Shown here: positions 1 to 13,186 of the stretch, piece after piece
How positions within the stretch are numbered: position 1 is the first letter of the stretch
How the letters are laid out: each line of letters opens with the position of its first letter
Notes under the pieces: model-generated
Told to the model about the DNA's origin: nothing
Databases searched by the model: none
Seen by the model: only the letters and a program-made list of their open reading frames with translations
Made by a program: the position numbers and the translations under genes
Origin: Vitrella brassicaformis CCMP3155
Lineage: Eukaryota > Protista > Chromerida
Assembly: GCA_001179505.1 (NCBI GenBank)
Contig: CDMY01000298.1
Coordinates: 66,613 to 130,612 of the forward strand
DNA: 64,000 nt
Reading direction: 5' to 3'

Positions 1-19
1 GCGCTTGTGATGTGGCTGT

Positions 20-1836
20 GTGACGTATGCAGCGGATGGGGGCAGCGGCGGCTCCCAGCTCGTCGATGAGTACGACCCGTGGCACTATGCGAGGAGGGAG
101 CCGGACGACAGACCGGCGACTCTTCACCGGCGAGCGGCACTCGAGCAGTGGCGGTCAGAGAGGAAGAAGGGCCACACAGACGAGCCTGCCCCTGTGCTGC
201 CCTCCCTTACGCTCAACGGACCCACCCCTCCAGGGTCCCTCTGCACACTGACCATCCAGAACAGCGACATCAGATCACAGGTAGGTAGTGCGACAGACAG
301 ACAGACAGACAGATGGACGAGCTACTGTCTGTCGGTTTACTCATCACGTGTGTGTGTGCAGCACCGTCGAGAGACCGAGGATCAGATGAAGGAGGTGGTG
401 AGGGCTCAGGAGGCCATCGCCGCATCGGCAAAGGAGCCCACCGACGAGCAGCCCGATCCATCGTCTTCAGCAGCAGCAGCTGCTGCTGGTGCTGGTGCCG
501 CTGCACATCCCTCCAGCAGTGCCGATGGTGCCGGTCGCAGTGTGCCGCCTCCGCGGCCGAAGGGTGCGTTTCTCTGTGCATGCAACGCCAGAGGTGAGAA
601 GAGAGGGCGGTGGTGCATGGTGCGACGGGAAGGAAGCTTGTGTGCGTGGGGTAAGTGAGGTGTTGATCGATCCTTGTGTGAATGCAGGCACCGGTTGGTA
701 CGGGCCCCGCACCTCCAATGTGGAGGCGCTGATGGCCGTTGACATTTTCGGCAAAGTCGGGAAGAAGTTCCAAGTGGCCGGCTTCTTCTGCAATGGTAAC
801 CAAGTCACAGTCACAGCACCACACACATTTGTGCCGTGTTCGTTCGCCTTTGTGCTGTGCAGGCGAGCTGGGCCCTCAGCGACCCGGCGGCGACTCAGAC
901 GAGGACGATGTCGACAGCGAAGGCTCAGACGAGTCAGACCTCCACCCGCTGGCTCCTGTTCCGCTGCCATCGGGAGAGGTGTCCGAGAGGGTCAAGTCCC
1001 TCATCGCCCAGGTCAAGGGGGAGGCGGCCCACCTCTCACAGGAGGAGCTCAAGGAGGATCCGGACGGAGAGACGGCCCAGCGTGACGACAAAGACAAGGA
1101 GGAGATGCCTGAAGCGGCACCAGCAGCAGCAGCAGCAGCTGCGGCTGCCGCTGCTGCTGTCGATTGCGGTGGGGGTGGTGCTGATGTCGACATGGCCGAC
1201 GACGATCCAGCAGTGGTCGACGAGGAGAACAAAAAAGAGAAGAACAGCGAGGACGCGGCCATGGAGGAGGAGAGCATCTTCGACGGCTATGTCGGCGTCA
1301 ACGAGACCCTCACCCTGCCATCCACCCTCCGAGCAGCCAGCAGGGTGAGCACACACAAGCTGAATAAAACCCTGTGCACCATCGATGAGTGGTTCTTTGT
1401 GTGTTGTGTGTGGTCATGTGACCACTGTGACGTCAGCGACCTTCCCGGCCTTTCGGCTTCACGACCATCCTGGCGGTCTTGTCGAGCGTCCCCCCGCACC
1501 CCGAGCTGTCGCAGTACATGAGTGGATGAGATGATAGCAAACAGCGAGCCGCGTCAGGAAGGGTCTTTTCGCACTTGAATCACCCTTGGCGACTTTTCCT
1601 TCCCCTGGGTGGGCATGTTCGTGCGCGGCTCGTGACGGTGTCGTCGTCGGTCCTTCGACGCCCTCACTCGTTGTTTGGTATGAGCATGACGACCCAAGGG
1701 AAGGACCCGCAAGGGACAGAAACGGTGCACACACGCATCTTGTTGTGGTACTGCGATGCATGAGTGGATAAGCGCGACTGGAGGGGGTGGCCAGGGTGGC
1801 TGGCTGGCCACCAAGAAGTGTGTCGCTGGCAGCTAA
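20..1836 (+). CDS. Multi-exon hypothetical protein with acidic and poly-Ala low-complexity tracts; may begin upstream of the window
   Basis: Codon-like ORF segments (YDPWHYARREPDD..., TGWYGPRTSNVEALMAVDIFGK..., GELGPQRPGGDSDEDD...) separated by GT-AG introns containing (GACA)n/(TG)n; plausible stop TAA at 1834-1836. No domain recognised. Confidence 0.5.
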
Positions 1837-3216
1837 GTCAGTGTGAGTGGATAACAGCAGTGGCATCCGTTGCGTAAGGCAGGCGGAGTTGGCTTTTTTT
1901 GCCTCGTCTGACTAACTTGATTGACCGTCGGCAGTACTGTCTTTGACAATTGCGTGCCTCATCAAGTACCGACCGTCTTCGTTGGTTGACCTTGACTGTC
2001 TCTTGCTCTCGGGGTGATTCTTGGGCTTGTCGTGATGTTGGTGCGTCATGCCTGGACTGCGCACGACCCACCATCCTGAGGGAAAGGGACAGAATCGCCC
2101 CAGGGCAGAGGTGCGTTCGATGGGCGGGTGAGGTGCACCACATCGCTGCCCGCCACGTGGTGGATCCTTTCGATGGTGAGTGTATTGGATGGAGGTATGT
2201 GCGTAACTGACAACTGCCTGCGTCGCTTGGACCGGTCTCTGTCCACCCATCACACACACCGACAGACACCGACGCATCGCATGCATCAGATACACTCAGT
2301 CTTGTCTCCCTCGGTGTCTCTCTCTGTCACTCACTCCCCTCCCGCGCCCCTGGTTCTCATCCACCATCCATCTCTGCAGCGAATCATCACAATTGAAGAC
2401 ATCTCCAGTGACACGCACAACAATCCTGTCCGATTGGCCTTTGCCCCCCTGGCTGGGGTTTGTGTGTGTCACTGAGCAGTCCATAAACAGAGGACGACGA
2501 CACGAACGCTCAGACGGCCACGTCAACAGACAGCGGGTTCTTTTCATTGACGAGTGAGTGGGGCTGTGCGGCGGCATCTCTGTGCGTGGCGGGAGGGGCC
2601 GGGCGTCTCAGTCGGCCCATTTGTGTGTGTGAGCAATTGACTAGGTGAGCTCAGTCGGTCACTTGAAGCTTTGGCTGGGGGGCTCTCTCGGTCTGCACAA
2701 TGACTTCACTCGATGCCTGCAGGTCCGCCACCCGCGGCACACACATAGACAGACACGGTCCACCACACAATCACTGAGCATGGCCAGTGAGTCAGCCAGG
2801 CAGCCACACGCAGTCGCACATCGGCCGGAGCAGCACATCAAAATCGGCCAGCAGGCAGGCAGCCGGCTATGAGGACGGGCGGATATCTCCTCATGGGAGA
2901 GCTGCCTGCCTGCCTGCTGGAGGGAGAGCCCCACAGAGAAGATGGACGCACGGGCAAAAAGGCCAAGCCATAGACCGACAGAACTGACGCACCCATCAGA
3001 GGCACGCCAGCGAGCCATACAGCCATCTGGTCACACACACACACAGCCATTCGGTCACTCATCGGCCACTCTGTCTGTCTGTCTACAGAGTGAGAGGTAT
3101 GCGATGTCTCTTGAGCACACACAGGTCGGCTACAGACATGACGACAGCCGGCTTCCGCTCTCCTCCTCAGCTACGCCACCCTCACCTGTCGAATGCACAG
3201 GAGACACACACACGGG

Positions 3217-3366
3217 TCATGCAGGCCAGCTGGAGGACCTCTTTGATATGTGGGACTGTGTACATCCGCCGCCCTCATCCACATCGTCACTCTCATCACC
3301 ATCACTGTCGGAATCTGCAGACCACACACAGAGAGAGAATGCACGTCATCCATCCATCCATCCATC

Positions 3367-3400
<34 letters not shown>

Positions 3401-4739
3401 ACTACCGTCGCTATCGTCATCCTGCTGCTGCTGCTGTTGTACTTGTCCGTCGAAGACGTATGGCGCCACCGCCCCCAACGCCACACGAGCCAGCTGAGTG
3501 GTCATCGGGAAGCGGTGCTTGAAGGCGCCACTCCCACACACAGCCGTCTCAGTCGTCTCAACATACACACTCACTGCAGGCAATCAGAAAGAGACCACAT
3601 GATACCTGGCCGTTAACAATCCCTCCCTCTCTGTCACACTGACCGGGATCGTTTTCTGCTCCAGCAATGTCAACCCATGCGACGAAGTTGTGGCTGCTGT
3701 TGGTCAGCACCAGAAATCGGATACCGCTGTATGAGCTCACTGTGGTCGTGCAGCCGGCCACTGGTGTGTGGGGCGACTCGGTCAGCAGGGCATCCAAACG
3801 GCCGCCACCAACATACCTGAACCAACCACACACACAGTCAACGGCGGACCCCTCTTGCCTCTAGCGCCATCGGCGTTGTCACCTGTCGAGTTCTATATAT
3901 GTGTAATTGATCTGTTGAGTCTTCTCGAAGACGTCGATGATCTTCTGCTTGGCAAACGACGACACTGACACATGAAGGGTGAACTGGAAACCGTGCGGCT
4001 CCCAGCCGCCGTCGTCCTCGTAGTAGTAGATGCTCTCACGCACCGGTGGATCGTGTGGCTGCCGGTGCTCCTGATACAGATGGCCGGCAGGGAGGGGCGG
4101 GTCGACCTCCAGCTCGAAGCCGGGCTCGTCGGTGATGGCTCGCACCTCACCGTTGCCGTGGTGGAACAGCTGCAGGCAAGTGCCGTCAATGAAGTGGACG
4201 TGGCGGCCGACCATTTTGAGCTGCGCCAACATACGGGGAACCGACACATACGCCTACACACAGGACCACAGACACCACACACAGAGGGAATGAGGCCCTC
4301 TCCCTCCCCTCCCCGCCCCGTCTGTTTGCTGGTTCACCGTTTTGTTTGTGTGTGTGTTGATGTCATCTGCCGTGAGGATGACAGGCAGGTCACAGCAGCC
4401 GCACTGCGCCGCCAGCTCAATCACCTCACACATCTCGCCCCAGCCCCCCTCCTCCACCACACATACAGCCGCCAGCAGATGATGTGTGCCGAACTGATCG
4501 TCGTCGAAGCGCAGCAGCTGCACTTGCTACCCATTCACCGCCCGCCGCAGCCCCGTCTGTGAGCCCAGCGAGTGGCGGAGCCGATCTCTCAGCTGGGCCG
4601 CTCCGAAGAGGTTCCTGAGCCACGTGCAGGTGGCCCTCAGCCGCAGGATGTCCTTGATGCTGCTGAAGAGGTAGTAGGTGCGGCGGCCGACGAAGATATA
4701 CGAGAAGGGGTGCTGCTGCTGATGCTGCGGTTGCTGCAT
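3217..4739 (-). pseudogene. Member of a large Vitrella-type lineage-specific family (N-terminal F-box-like IKDILRLRATCTWL motif) with an in-frame TAG
   Basis: Spliced frame MQQPQHQQQHPFSYIFVGRRTYYLF...GLRRAVNG*QVQLLRFDDDQ...LDRYVGGGRLDALLTESPH...GAFKHRFPMTTQLARVALGAVAPYVFDG. The TAG at 4527-4529 (plus-strand cta) interrupts an otherwise continuous frame. 3' end uncertain (about 3130-3217). Family assignment is from recalled sequences. Confidence 0.7.
3369..3398. repeat. (TG)n microsatellite, representative of the intronic microsatellites found throughout the window
   Basis: Directly visible perfect dinucleotide run next to a (TCCA)n run, inside a predicted intron. Confidence 0.95.
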
Positions 4740-5449
4740 TTGTAGCTATGATGTGCTCGACGACAGCCTGCACAGAGCGGCAGAGCCGACAGAGGATCGT
4801 GTGCATCAAGCATGCTGCTCATTGATCTGTGTGCTACTCACCTGGTTCGATGCTCAGATGGGCAGATCACCACCGCACCACCATCAGCAGCCCGCCATCA
4901 CTCCTCAACGACACGCCTGCATCGATGAGCCGAAGACACAGACAGAGAGAGATGCAGACATAAGAGGACGGCGAACGCATTGAGGCCAATGGATTAGTGA
5001 GCGCATCAGTCAGTCAGTCAGTCAGTGGCGGCCGCCTCCCTCACCGCAGCACTCGAGAGGATGACTCGAGTGACTTTTCTCGCCCTCTTGTTGGTTGAGT
5101 GCGTCACTCTCTCAACGCACAGCTTTCCGACAAGGCGGAGAAAGACTGCCTCATGGGGTTGAAGGGCATGAAACCCTTTCATGAAACCCTTTCGCCGCAG
5201 TGCGGCGGGTGCTTCTCTTGAAGAATTTTCATGGATAGCGTCCGTGTCTCTGTTGCCCCTCCATCTTGCCGCTAATTAATGAATGCATCACAAATACATA
5301 GGCGCGTATGTCTGTCAGTACTGTTCAACCACTGGCAGAGTTTGTGTGTGGCCGCCAATGGCTGGTCTCTAGGGACGATTCAACCAACCTTGCTGCATGG
5401 AGTCTTTCATCTATCTACGAGTGTCTCTCACTACGTCTCTGTCTGTCAC

Positions 5450-8400
5450 TCACTCCCCTCCTCCGCCCCTGGCCCTCGTCCACCCCCTGGCCCGCCCCCG
5501 CCCTCGTGGCGTCGACACACGGCCGCGGTGGCCACGGCCGCCACGGGAGGATGAAGACGAGCCGGATGCCTGACGTGCACAGACAGATGGAGGGACGCAT
5601 GGATCCCCTGTGTTTGGGATGGGAGGGGCTGGTTGTGTGCTCACTGTGTGTGGTGTGGTGGCTATGCCGGGCAGTGTGTTGTAGCGCTGCAAGGCGGCCT
5701 GCAGGTCGGAGGCCAGGTGGGGCGGGACGGGCTCGTGGGCATCGACCATCTCGCTAACCACCTGCAGAATGAAATGAACCGAGGAAAACACGACACGACA
5801 GACACAGACACACACACAGACACATCATTCGACGCCATCCACTTGTTTCGCTGACAGACCTGTTGTGCGAGTCTGAGCAGCTCTCCTCCGCGAGTGGTGC
5901 GTGCGGGTCCAAACTCGTAGCTCCACTCGTAGTGGTGGCTGAAGTCGCGCCTCGCGTCGCCACTCTCAGCCCACACCCGACGAACCACACCCCGACGCAC
6001 CGCCGGCTGCGTCACGGAGACACACACATCCCACACATATATAGGTGCCTCCATTGTCCTCTCTCATCCGCCGCCCACCTAACCTACCTACCTCGCACTG
6101 CAGTAGTTGCACGAGAGCTGTGTCCCACCCCCTCTGCAGAGTGGGCCAGAAGTATGTCTCCCTGCTGCTGAGGGCATCCCGCAGCGACCGCTCCAGGGTC
6201 GCCCGGAACTGAGCGTCCTCTTCACTGACCTCACTCCCCTCCTCAGGCGGCGCACAACTCTGCACCCACACAGGCAACATGGGACGGATGGATGGATGGC
6301 CATGAAAGAAGGCCGCATGTGGTGGTGTGTAGTTTTCTTTTATCACTTACCGTGAGTGCGATGGCCACGAGGTGGACGCCGTAGGGGAAGAGCACCCCGT
6401 GACGCAGCAGCGAGGACAACTCGCAGTTGAACAGACGACGCACCAGCTGCACACACACGCGTTAAGTATAATGACAGGCAGCATACACACCACACACCGC
6501 CCCACATCCAGATGAGTCTCTCTTCTCACCCACCCACCCACCCACCCACCGACCCGTCGTGAGTCGGCGTCGAGGGTGAGCCGTTGGGTGAGCCGTTTGT
6601 CATTGTCGTGGTTGCCGTGGCTGCTGCCCTCGTGTGTGGTGCCGCTGCTGTGGCTGTGGAGTGGGTGTCTGCCGTCGGCGGCCAAGAAGTTGGAGATCGT
6701 CCGGACGGACGTGGGCAGGAACCGCTCGGACACCCAGGCAGACCGGCGGGCGGGGTCCTCCAAATGCGACTCACGCACCACCTGCTCCGACCAATCACAC
6801 ACACACACACACAGACACAGACACGCACATGTCACGTGTGTCTCGGGGCGGGGGCGGGAGCGGGGGCGGGATGTGTGTGTGTCTCAAGGATGAGGGGGGT
6901 TTGGTGTACCATGAGCAGCCGTGTGAAGATGCTCCTGAAGAACTCCGGGGGTGCGCGGAAGTCGTCTTTGCCATGACAGTAGAGGACCGTGTCGATCCAA
7001 TACGAGCCCGCCTTACACTGCACACGCACACACACACGCACCACACACATGGACAGGGAGCATCTCACAACGCAGAAGACATGACATGGCCGGCAGTGTG
7101 TGTGGCACACACACACTTACGGCGCAGATCCGTGCGATTGTGTCGTCTCCGTGGGCCAGCAGCTTGCCGATGAGGTCCTGCCTGTCGTGCGGGGTCATCC
7201 TTTCTGTAGGGGGGGTGACACACAACACCAGACGAGCGAGACCACACACCATGTGAAGGGACATGCAGACCAGACACACACATCCAGCCAGCCATTGTTG
7301 GCTCTGTGTGTGAGAGAGAGAGATGGCTGACCGAATGCGTCTTGCATGCAGTATGTGCCGGCCGCATTGCTGCAGATGCTGAAGATCATCTCCGCCAACG
7401 GCTGACACAACAAGACACACACCCATATCCCCGTCTGCCTTTCTGTCTGTCTGTCTGTCTGTCTGTCTGACCCCATGCACCTCACTCACCTGTTGCTGAG
7501 AATTGGCGCGCCGCTTCCTCTCCTTTCTGTCTATGCGGGCCGTGAGTCGCGGGCTGAGGAGGGTGTTGCGGATCGTGGCCGGCGAGGTGAGTCGGCTGCG
7601 GAGGACCTCACGCACTAAGTAGTGGAAATGTCGATGACGCTGCATAAACCGACACAGGCACAGCCATACAGAGGGGAGGGAGGCGGCCATGTCGAAATGT
7701 CTGTCTATGGATTACCGAGAGCATGGCGAACAGGGGTGGGTGCATCACGTGCTGAATGGGACAGAGGCATGGTGGGTCGTCCCATCCATCAATTGCGTGT
7801 CTGTGTGTGTGTGTGGAGTTGTCCTTGCTCACCTCAATGATTCTCATGCGCAGATCGCGCGCGTCTTGGCGCCTGAGAATATGCTGCAGGTACCTGCAAG
7901 ACGCACACACACACACACACACAGTAGGGAGACACAAGGATATATAGGGTGCAGCAGACTCGCTCTACAGTAGCAGGTAAGGTACCGTGAGGCGCTCTGG
8001 TCGTTGAAGAGGGCCATGTCCCGCAGCATCACCACCATACCCTCAAACTGCTCCTCACTGAACCTCCCCTTTATCAACGCATTGAAATCCTGCACACACA
8101 CACAATTGATGGACACATCAGCATGGGGATTGGGCTCAACTGAGTGAGTGAGTGAGTGTGCTTACATCCAGAGTGACATATTCGGCGGGCGGCAGCAACA
8201 CCGTCTCCTCCGGCGCCGCACCCACATGGAAGCTCACCCAATCCCCTCCGTGTGGCGTGGATGGCATCGATGCAGATCCGCCATGGCCAGCAGCCCCCCT
8301 ACCCATCCCACCACCCCGCGCCCCCCGCCTCCCTCCCGGCCCTGCGGCCGGCGGACTGAGTGTGAGTATGCGCGGGCCGCCTGCCGACACGCTCGCCCCC

Positions 8401-11400
8401 GCCCTCGGGCGGGGAGGGCTGGTGTCAGTGACCTCGGGGTAGTCATCATCGGGGTTCATTGAGGGGGCAGTGGTGTTTGTGGTGGTGCTGTTGTGGTAGC
8501 GGCGCTCGTTGGCCAGCATGCGTGTGACGCTGCCGGGCTCCATCTGCCCCACCAGGTACTGGTCCATCGTCATTGCCATTTCCGTCGGATGCTGCTGCTG
8601 CTGCTGCTCCTGGTGGTGATGCTGCGACCCCATCATGGCCGCAGAAGGGCCGTGCAGCTGACCCGAATGGGCACCGTTGATGTGCGGTGGCGACTGGGGA
8701 CGGGGGTGCACCGAAAGGGAGGGCTCGGTCGTCATGCCGTAAGAGTGATAGTCGTGGTGCGGCTGCTGCGGCAGATGGTGGTGTGGCGACACAGGTCCCG
8801 ATTGCACAGGGAAGAGGCGGTGGTCGGGGGACCAGAAGGAAGCCGCCTTCGAACTCGGTATGGGCGAGTGGAACTCATTGGCCGGCCCACCAGCCTCCCC
8901 TCCCAGGTCTCTGTAGTCGTCGCGCAACATGCGGCCGCCCATGGCGCCCATGCGCATCGAGTCGGTAGTGCTGGTCGGCACACGGGGCGGTCGCGATGAC
9001 GTCAGAGGCTTGGGTGGCTGGCAGAAGCCAAAGGGCAGCCGCTCCTCCTCCCCCTCCCTCTCCCCCTCCCTCTCATCCTCAAACGCCCGACGTGCCGACA
9101 AAACCTGCCTCCTCTCCCACACACCATCGCCATCATGATCGCCATAACCGTCCCTCCCGTCCTCCTCCCCGTCAGACCCCAGCCCTGAGAACGAGAAGGG
9201 ATCGTGAAGACCCTCGTCTGCCCCCATCTGCTCGTGCTGGCTCGGTAGTGGCTCTGCTGTTGGTCCTGCTGGCGGGGAGAGGGTGGGGTGAGGCGGTGGA
9301 GGGATGGACTGCAGGTGCGCCGCTGTAAGCTCGTGGGGGCGTCGCAAGGGGGACACGTCGAGAGGCTTCAGCTGAGAGTTGGTGCGATCCGATGATGGGC
9401 GGGAGCTGCCAGTGCCGTTGCTATCGGGGCTTTGCTCCGGCCGCTGGGACGAGCTGCTGGCCCCCAGCCGCCGGACCGTCTGTGGCGTGGCGTCTGCTAT
9501 CGTGATGCGCCTCCACGTAGGTGTGCCGACCCTCTCTCTCTCCCTGTCCTTGCTCCTCTCTGCCACAGCTGCCGGTGCCTGCACCTCTGGGTGGAGCCGG
9601 GAACGGTCCTCCTCATCCGTGAGCAGGAAGGACAGCAGCAGCGGCGGAGCGCTCGTCGGCCTGGGCGGCTCGGGGGGCACGTCCTCAAACCCGGGTGGCG
9701 GCTCGATGCGCTCAGAGCGGGTGTGGGCCTGGGTGCCGCCGCCGTCCTCACTCGGTGGAGGGGTCACTTCGGAGATGGTGCTCGGGATGCCGCGACGGGC
9801 GTCCTGAGCCCGCGCCCACTCAAGGATGCGTGGACCGGGGAGGTCGGAGGGCCCGCTGATGTGGGATGATGGTGCCGAGGGCTGGGCTGGGGGCAGCTCG
9901 CCGCTGTGGAGTGAGTCCGAGTCATAGGGCATGGGGAGGCGGGAGTCGAGCGAGATGGAGCCGAACGACTTGGCCGAGTCGTGGTGCATGTGCTCAGACC
10001 AGTCGAAGTGACCCGGCTGCTTCAAACGAGCGGCGGGACGCTCGGGGGTGACTGCAGTAACAGAGAGACGCAACCAGAAACGGCCAGTGAGGTTAGGCGT
10101 CGGTGGTTTGCTGGTCGTCTCTGTTCTGTGTACCTTGTGTGTTTCCGCCGCTATGGGGCCCTCGGAATTCGCTGCTCCTCGACAGCGAGAGAGAGTCCAG
10201 CTCCTCGCCACCCATCAGACTCCCCTCTGCCCACCCCCGCCTCTGCCGCCGGAGCGCCGACTCAGCCCAGGTCGGCGACGGCTGGAACGCCATGCCCTCA
10301 ACACCCTCATGACACTCACGCCCACCTTTGGTTACATCTTCCACCCCATGGCCATCGTCAGCCCTTTCCGCCTCCTCAGTGCCCCTCTCCTCGCCCCCCG
10401 TCACCTCTACAGGGCCCTCCAGCCGCACAGCAGTGGCATCGGCAGTGGCAGTGGCACTTGCCATGGGGCTGCTGTGTCTCTCGAGTTCTGATTCGTTGAC
10501 GGGGCTGAGTGCAGCGACCACCAGGGGGGGCGGCGGAGGTGGCACCAGGGAGAGAGCAGAGAGTGAGGTGGAGCTGCTGGGCTGGGGCTGGTCTTGGGTG
10601 GTGCGGATTGGGCTGGCGGGCTTATTGGGTATCTTGCGGCTCTTGCTGGGCGAGTGGGAGTGTGCGTGTGTGAAGGAGGCAGCTTGTCTGAGTGGGGAGG
10701 GGTTGTGCGACTGGTTGCGCGAGACCGAGTCCTCCGGGCCGATGTCCTCCTCCAAACGCTGAACCTGAGAGAGGGATGAGAGACACAGATCATGTGTGTG
10801 TCGCTGTCGTGTCTTGTATGTGCCACTCGTGATGGCTCACGAATTGAGTGTGTTGTTTGAGGGCCTCCTTGACGAAGGCCACGGCCCTCCCCTTGCCGTA
10901 GTGCTTCCTCCATTCGTCGTAGAGGTCCTCCAACTCCTTCACCCACGCCCCCAGCCGGGCACCCACAGTCGGGGGAAGAATGTCCTGAGTGATGCACACA
11001 CGCACACACGCACGCAGCCACAACGACAGAGACACAACATACATAATATGAAGGCCTCCCTGCACCCATACCCACATGCACCCACACCTACTTGTGTGGC
11101 GTCGTCAGTTCTCTGCTGGCCACCTCCAGTGGTCTGTGTGTGCTGCACCACCGTGGCGTAGTCCTCCGCCCCGTGTGACGACGACCTCCCGGAGACCGAT
11201 GACGCAGGCGGCATGTGGCTCGCCACGACATGAGAGACGAACCCTGCAGCACGGGTGACAGACACACCGATTGAGCCACATGGCAATCCCAGTGTGCTCT
11301 GAACCCCCCGTACTCACCTTGCTGCAGAGCACTGAGAACAGCCACGCCGCTTTCGATGTATCTACGCTCCAGGAAGCCCCGCACCTCAGGCCTGCTGGCG

Positions 11401-12956
11401 TCGGGGTGGTCGTACACGGGGGCGGGAGTGGGCATTGGCACGGGCGCTGGCTCATCGGTGGACGGCTCAGACGCCGGCGGGGCGTCAGGCACTGCCGCCG
11501 ACGATGCGGGAGGGGTGGACGGAGGGCCGGTGGACGACGGGCCACGCTCAACCGATGGGGCTGCAACACAAAGGGGGCCAGATGAACTTGGTTTCACACA
11601 TGGATGCGATGGCGCTCGGCCTGTCTGTTTGTGCTCACTTTTCGGTCGGCGGGATGCCCGATTTACGTCACCGTCGGACAGCTCGGTATCGATGCGGAGG
11701 AAGGATTTGTTGGCTCGGCGTGACAACTTGGACTGACGCACAAACACGAGACAGACAAGGCGAATGTGTTGTGGTGTCTGCAGACAGACATTGTGCATTT
11801 CTTCGAGTGTGTGGCTGTAAGTACCTTTGGGTGTGGTGGGCTGGACGTCGCTCTGTGGCGCAAACCACCACCATCACGCCGTCCTGCCTCTCGGTCATTC
11901 CACCCGTCTGTGTCCTCCTGACCATCATCACACTCATCTGCAACAGGGATACCGACCTCCACCAGACAGACAGTAGATCAAGCCGCTGTTGTCAAGGTCT
12001 TCTCCCCCTCCCCCTCCTCCCTCCCTGTGTACCTTCCGATACGTCGTCCCCGTCGCTGGCTACGAATGGCGGCAGGATGTTGGCTCCCTTGGGTGTGGTG
12101 CTGGGGCTGGACAGCGGTGCGGGCCACATGCCAGGTGAGTCGATGGCCGCACCGTGCGATGAACCTGCAGCACAAGACAACAGACACAGAAATGGTCATC
12201 AACAGACAGGAAACTCATTTCTCCCTGCTGCCCTGCCTTTCGCCCTCACCTCTTGCACTCGCCGCACGCGCAAGGAACAGGCACTTGTCAGCTGCCCTCA
12301 GACAGACACAGAACAGCATTCATTGCAGAGGCCATTTCCCTTCCAATCCACACACAGTTGTGTCTTGTCAGCTGGCACTTACCGCTGCTCCCTGTGACGG
12401 TCTTGCGGCGGCGAGGGGACCATCCACCACCACTAACATCCCTCAGATGGACACCTGCGAGCATACGTACCGAAGAAGGAATGACACACTCATCTCATGC
12501 ATCCCATTAATGGAAACCCTGTGCCATCCCGCCCATCGCGTCCTTACTTCGTATTTTCCTGCCGCTGGGGGTGCTGACGGTGGCCGCCAGGCGGTCACTC
12601 TGCTCCTCCCAGTCGCTGCCAGACTCTCCGCCATCACCGCCACCACCCACGACAGATGCATTCGACGCACTCCTGCGGCGGAACGCCCATTCATCACCTC
12701 CCAGCAGCGCCTGCGTGTCGCTCTCGCATCGCTTCAGCACAGAGAGCGGTCGGGACGGCACTCCCCGGCCACGGAGGGATGGGAAGACGCCTCTGCGATG
12801 GCTATCGTCAGCAGGAGGTGGCTCCGGAGTATCGGAGGGTGGCTGAGGCGTGGCGCGTCCATGTGAGCGGGCCTGACGTGATGCCGGGCTGCCTGGGAAG
12901 AATGTGCTGGCCTCGCTCGTCCTCTGCAGAGGTGTCGAGTGGAAGGGCGATGTCAT
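5450..12956 (-). CDS. Large protein with a long disordered N-terminal region, divergent Pumilio/PUF-like repeats and a C-terminal RGG-rich tail
   Basis: Phase-consistent exons from 10755 to 5450, including the 691-aa ORF at 8136-10211. PUF-like units: LFNDQSASRYLQHIL, MLSRHRHFHYLVREVL, SICSNAAGTYCMQDAF, RICACKAGSYWIDTVL, VLFPYGVHLVAIAL. Tail SRGGRGHRGR...RARGGGGE*. Joining of the exons upstream of about 11600 and the start codon (12956 or 13163) is uncertain; the 5' part could be a separate gene. Confidence 0.65.
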
Positions 12957-13186
12957 GTCATTCCAGAGATGCCTTCGCTGCCACCGCACTCCTATCCAAA
13001 GCGCATTGGCATCCCTCCCTCCCAAGCTCGCATTTCGTAAATGCTCTGGGGATAGGAGTCCAAAGAGTGGAAGCCCAAAAGCATCCTCAGACTCCTCGTT
13101 GATTGTGGCCGCCTTGAGGCTGGGGATGGTGAGGAGGAAGTGCTGCCGCTGACCTGCTTTCATCGCAGAGCTCTTTCCCGGGTACT

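Noticed and set aside
1950-2720. Exon-like pieces including a Walker-B-like RVLFIDE next to a GTGAGT donor
   Set aside because: No Walker A and no consistent spliced frame could be built, so it cannot be supported as an AAA+ gene.
5168-5193. 13-bp tandem duplication atgaaaccctttc forming the short palindrome CATGAAA-CCC-TTTCATG
   Set aside because: Too short and isolated; no associated terminal repeat or transposase.
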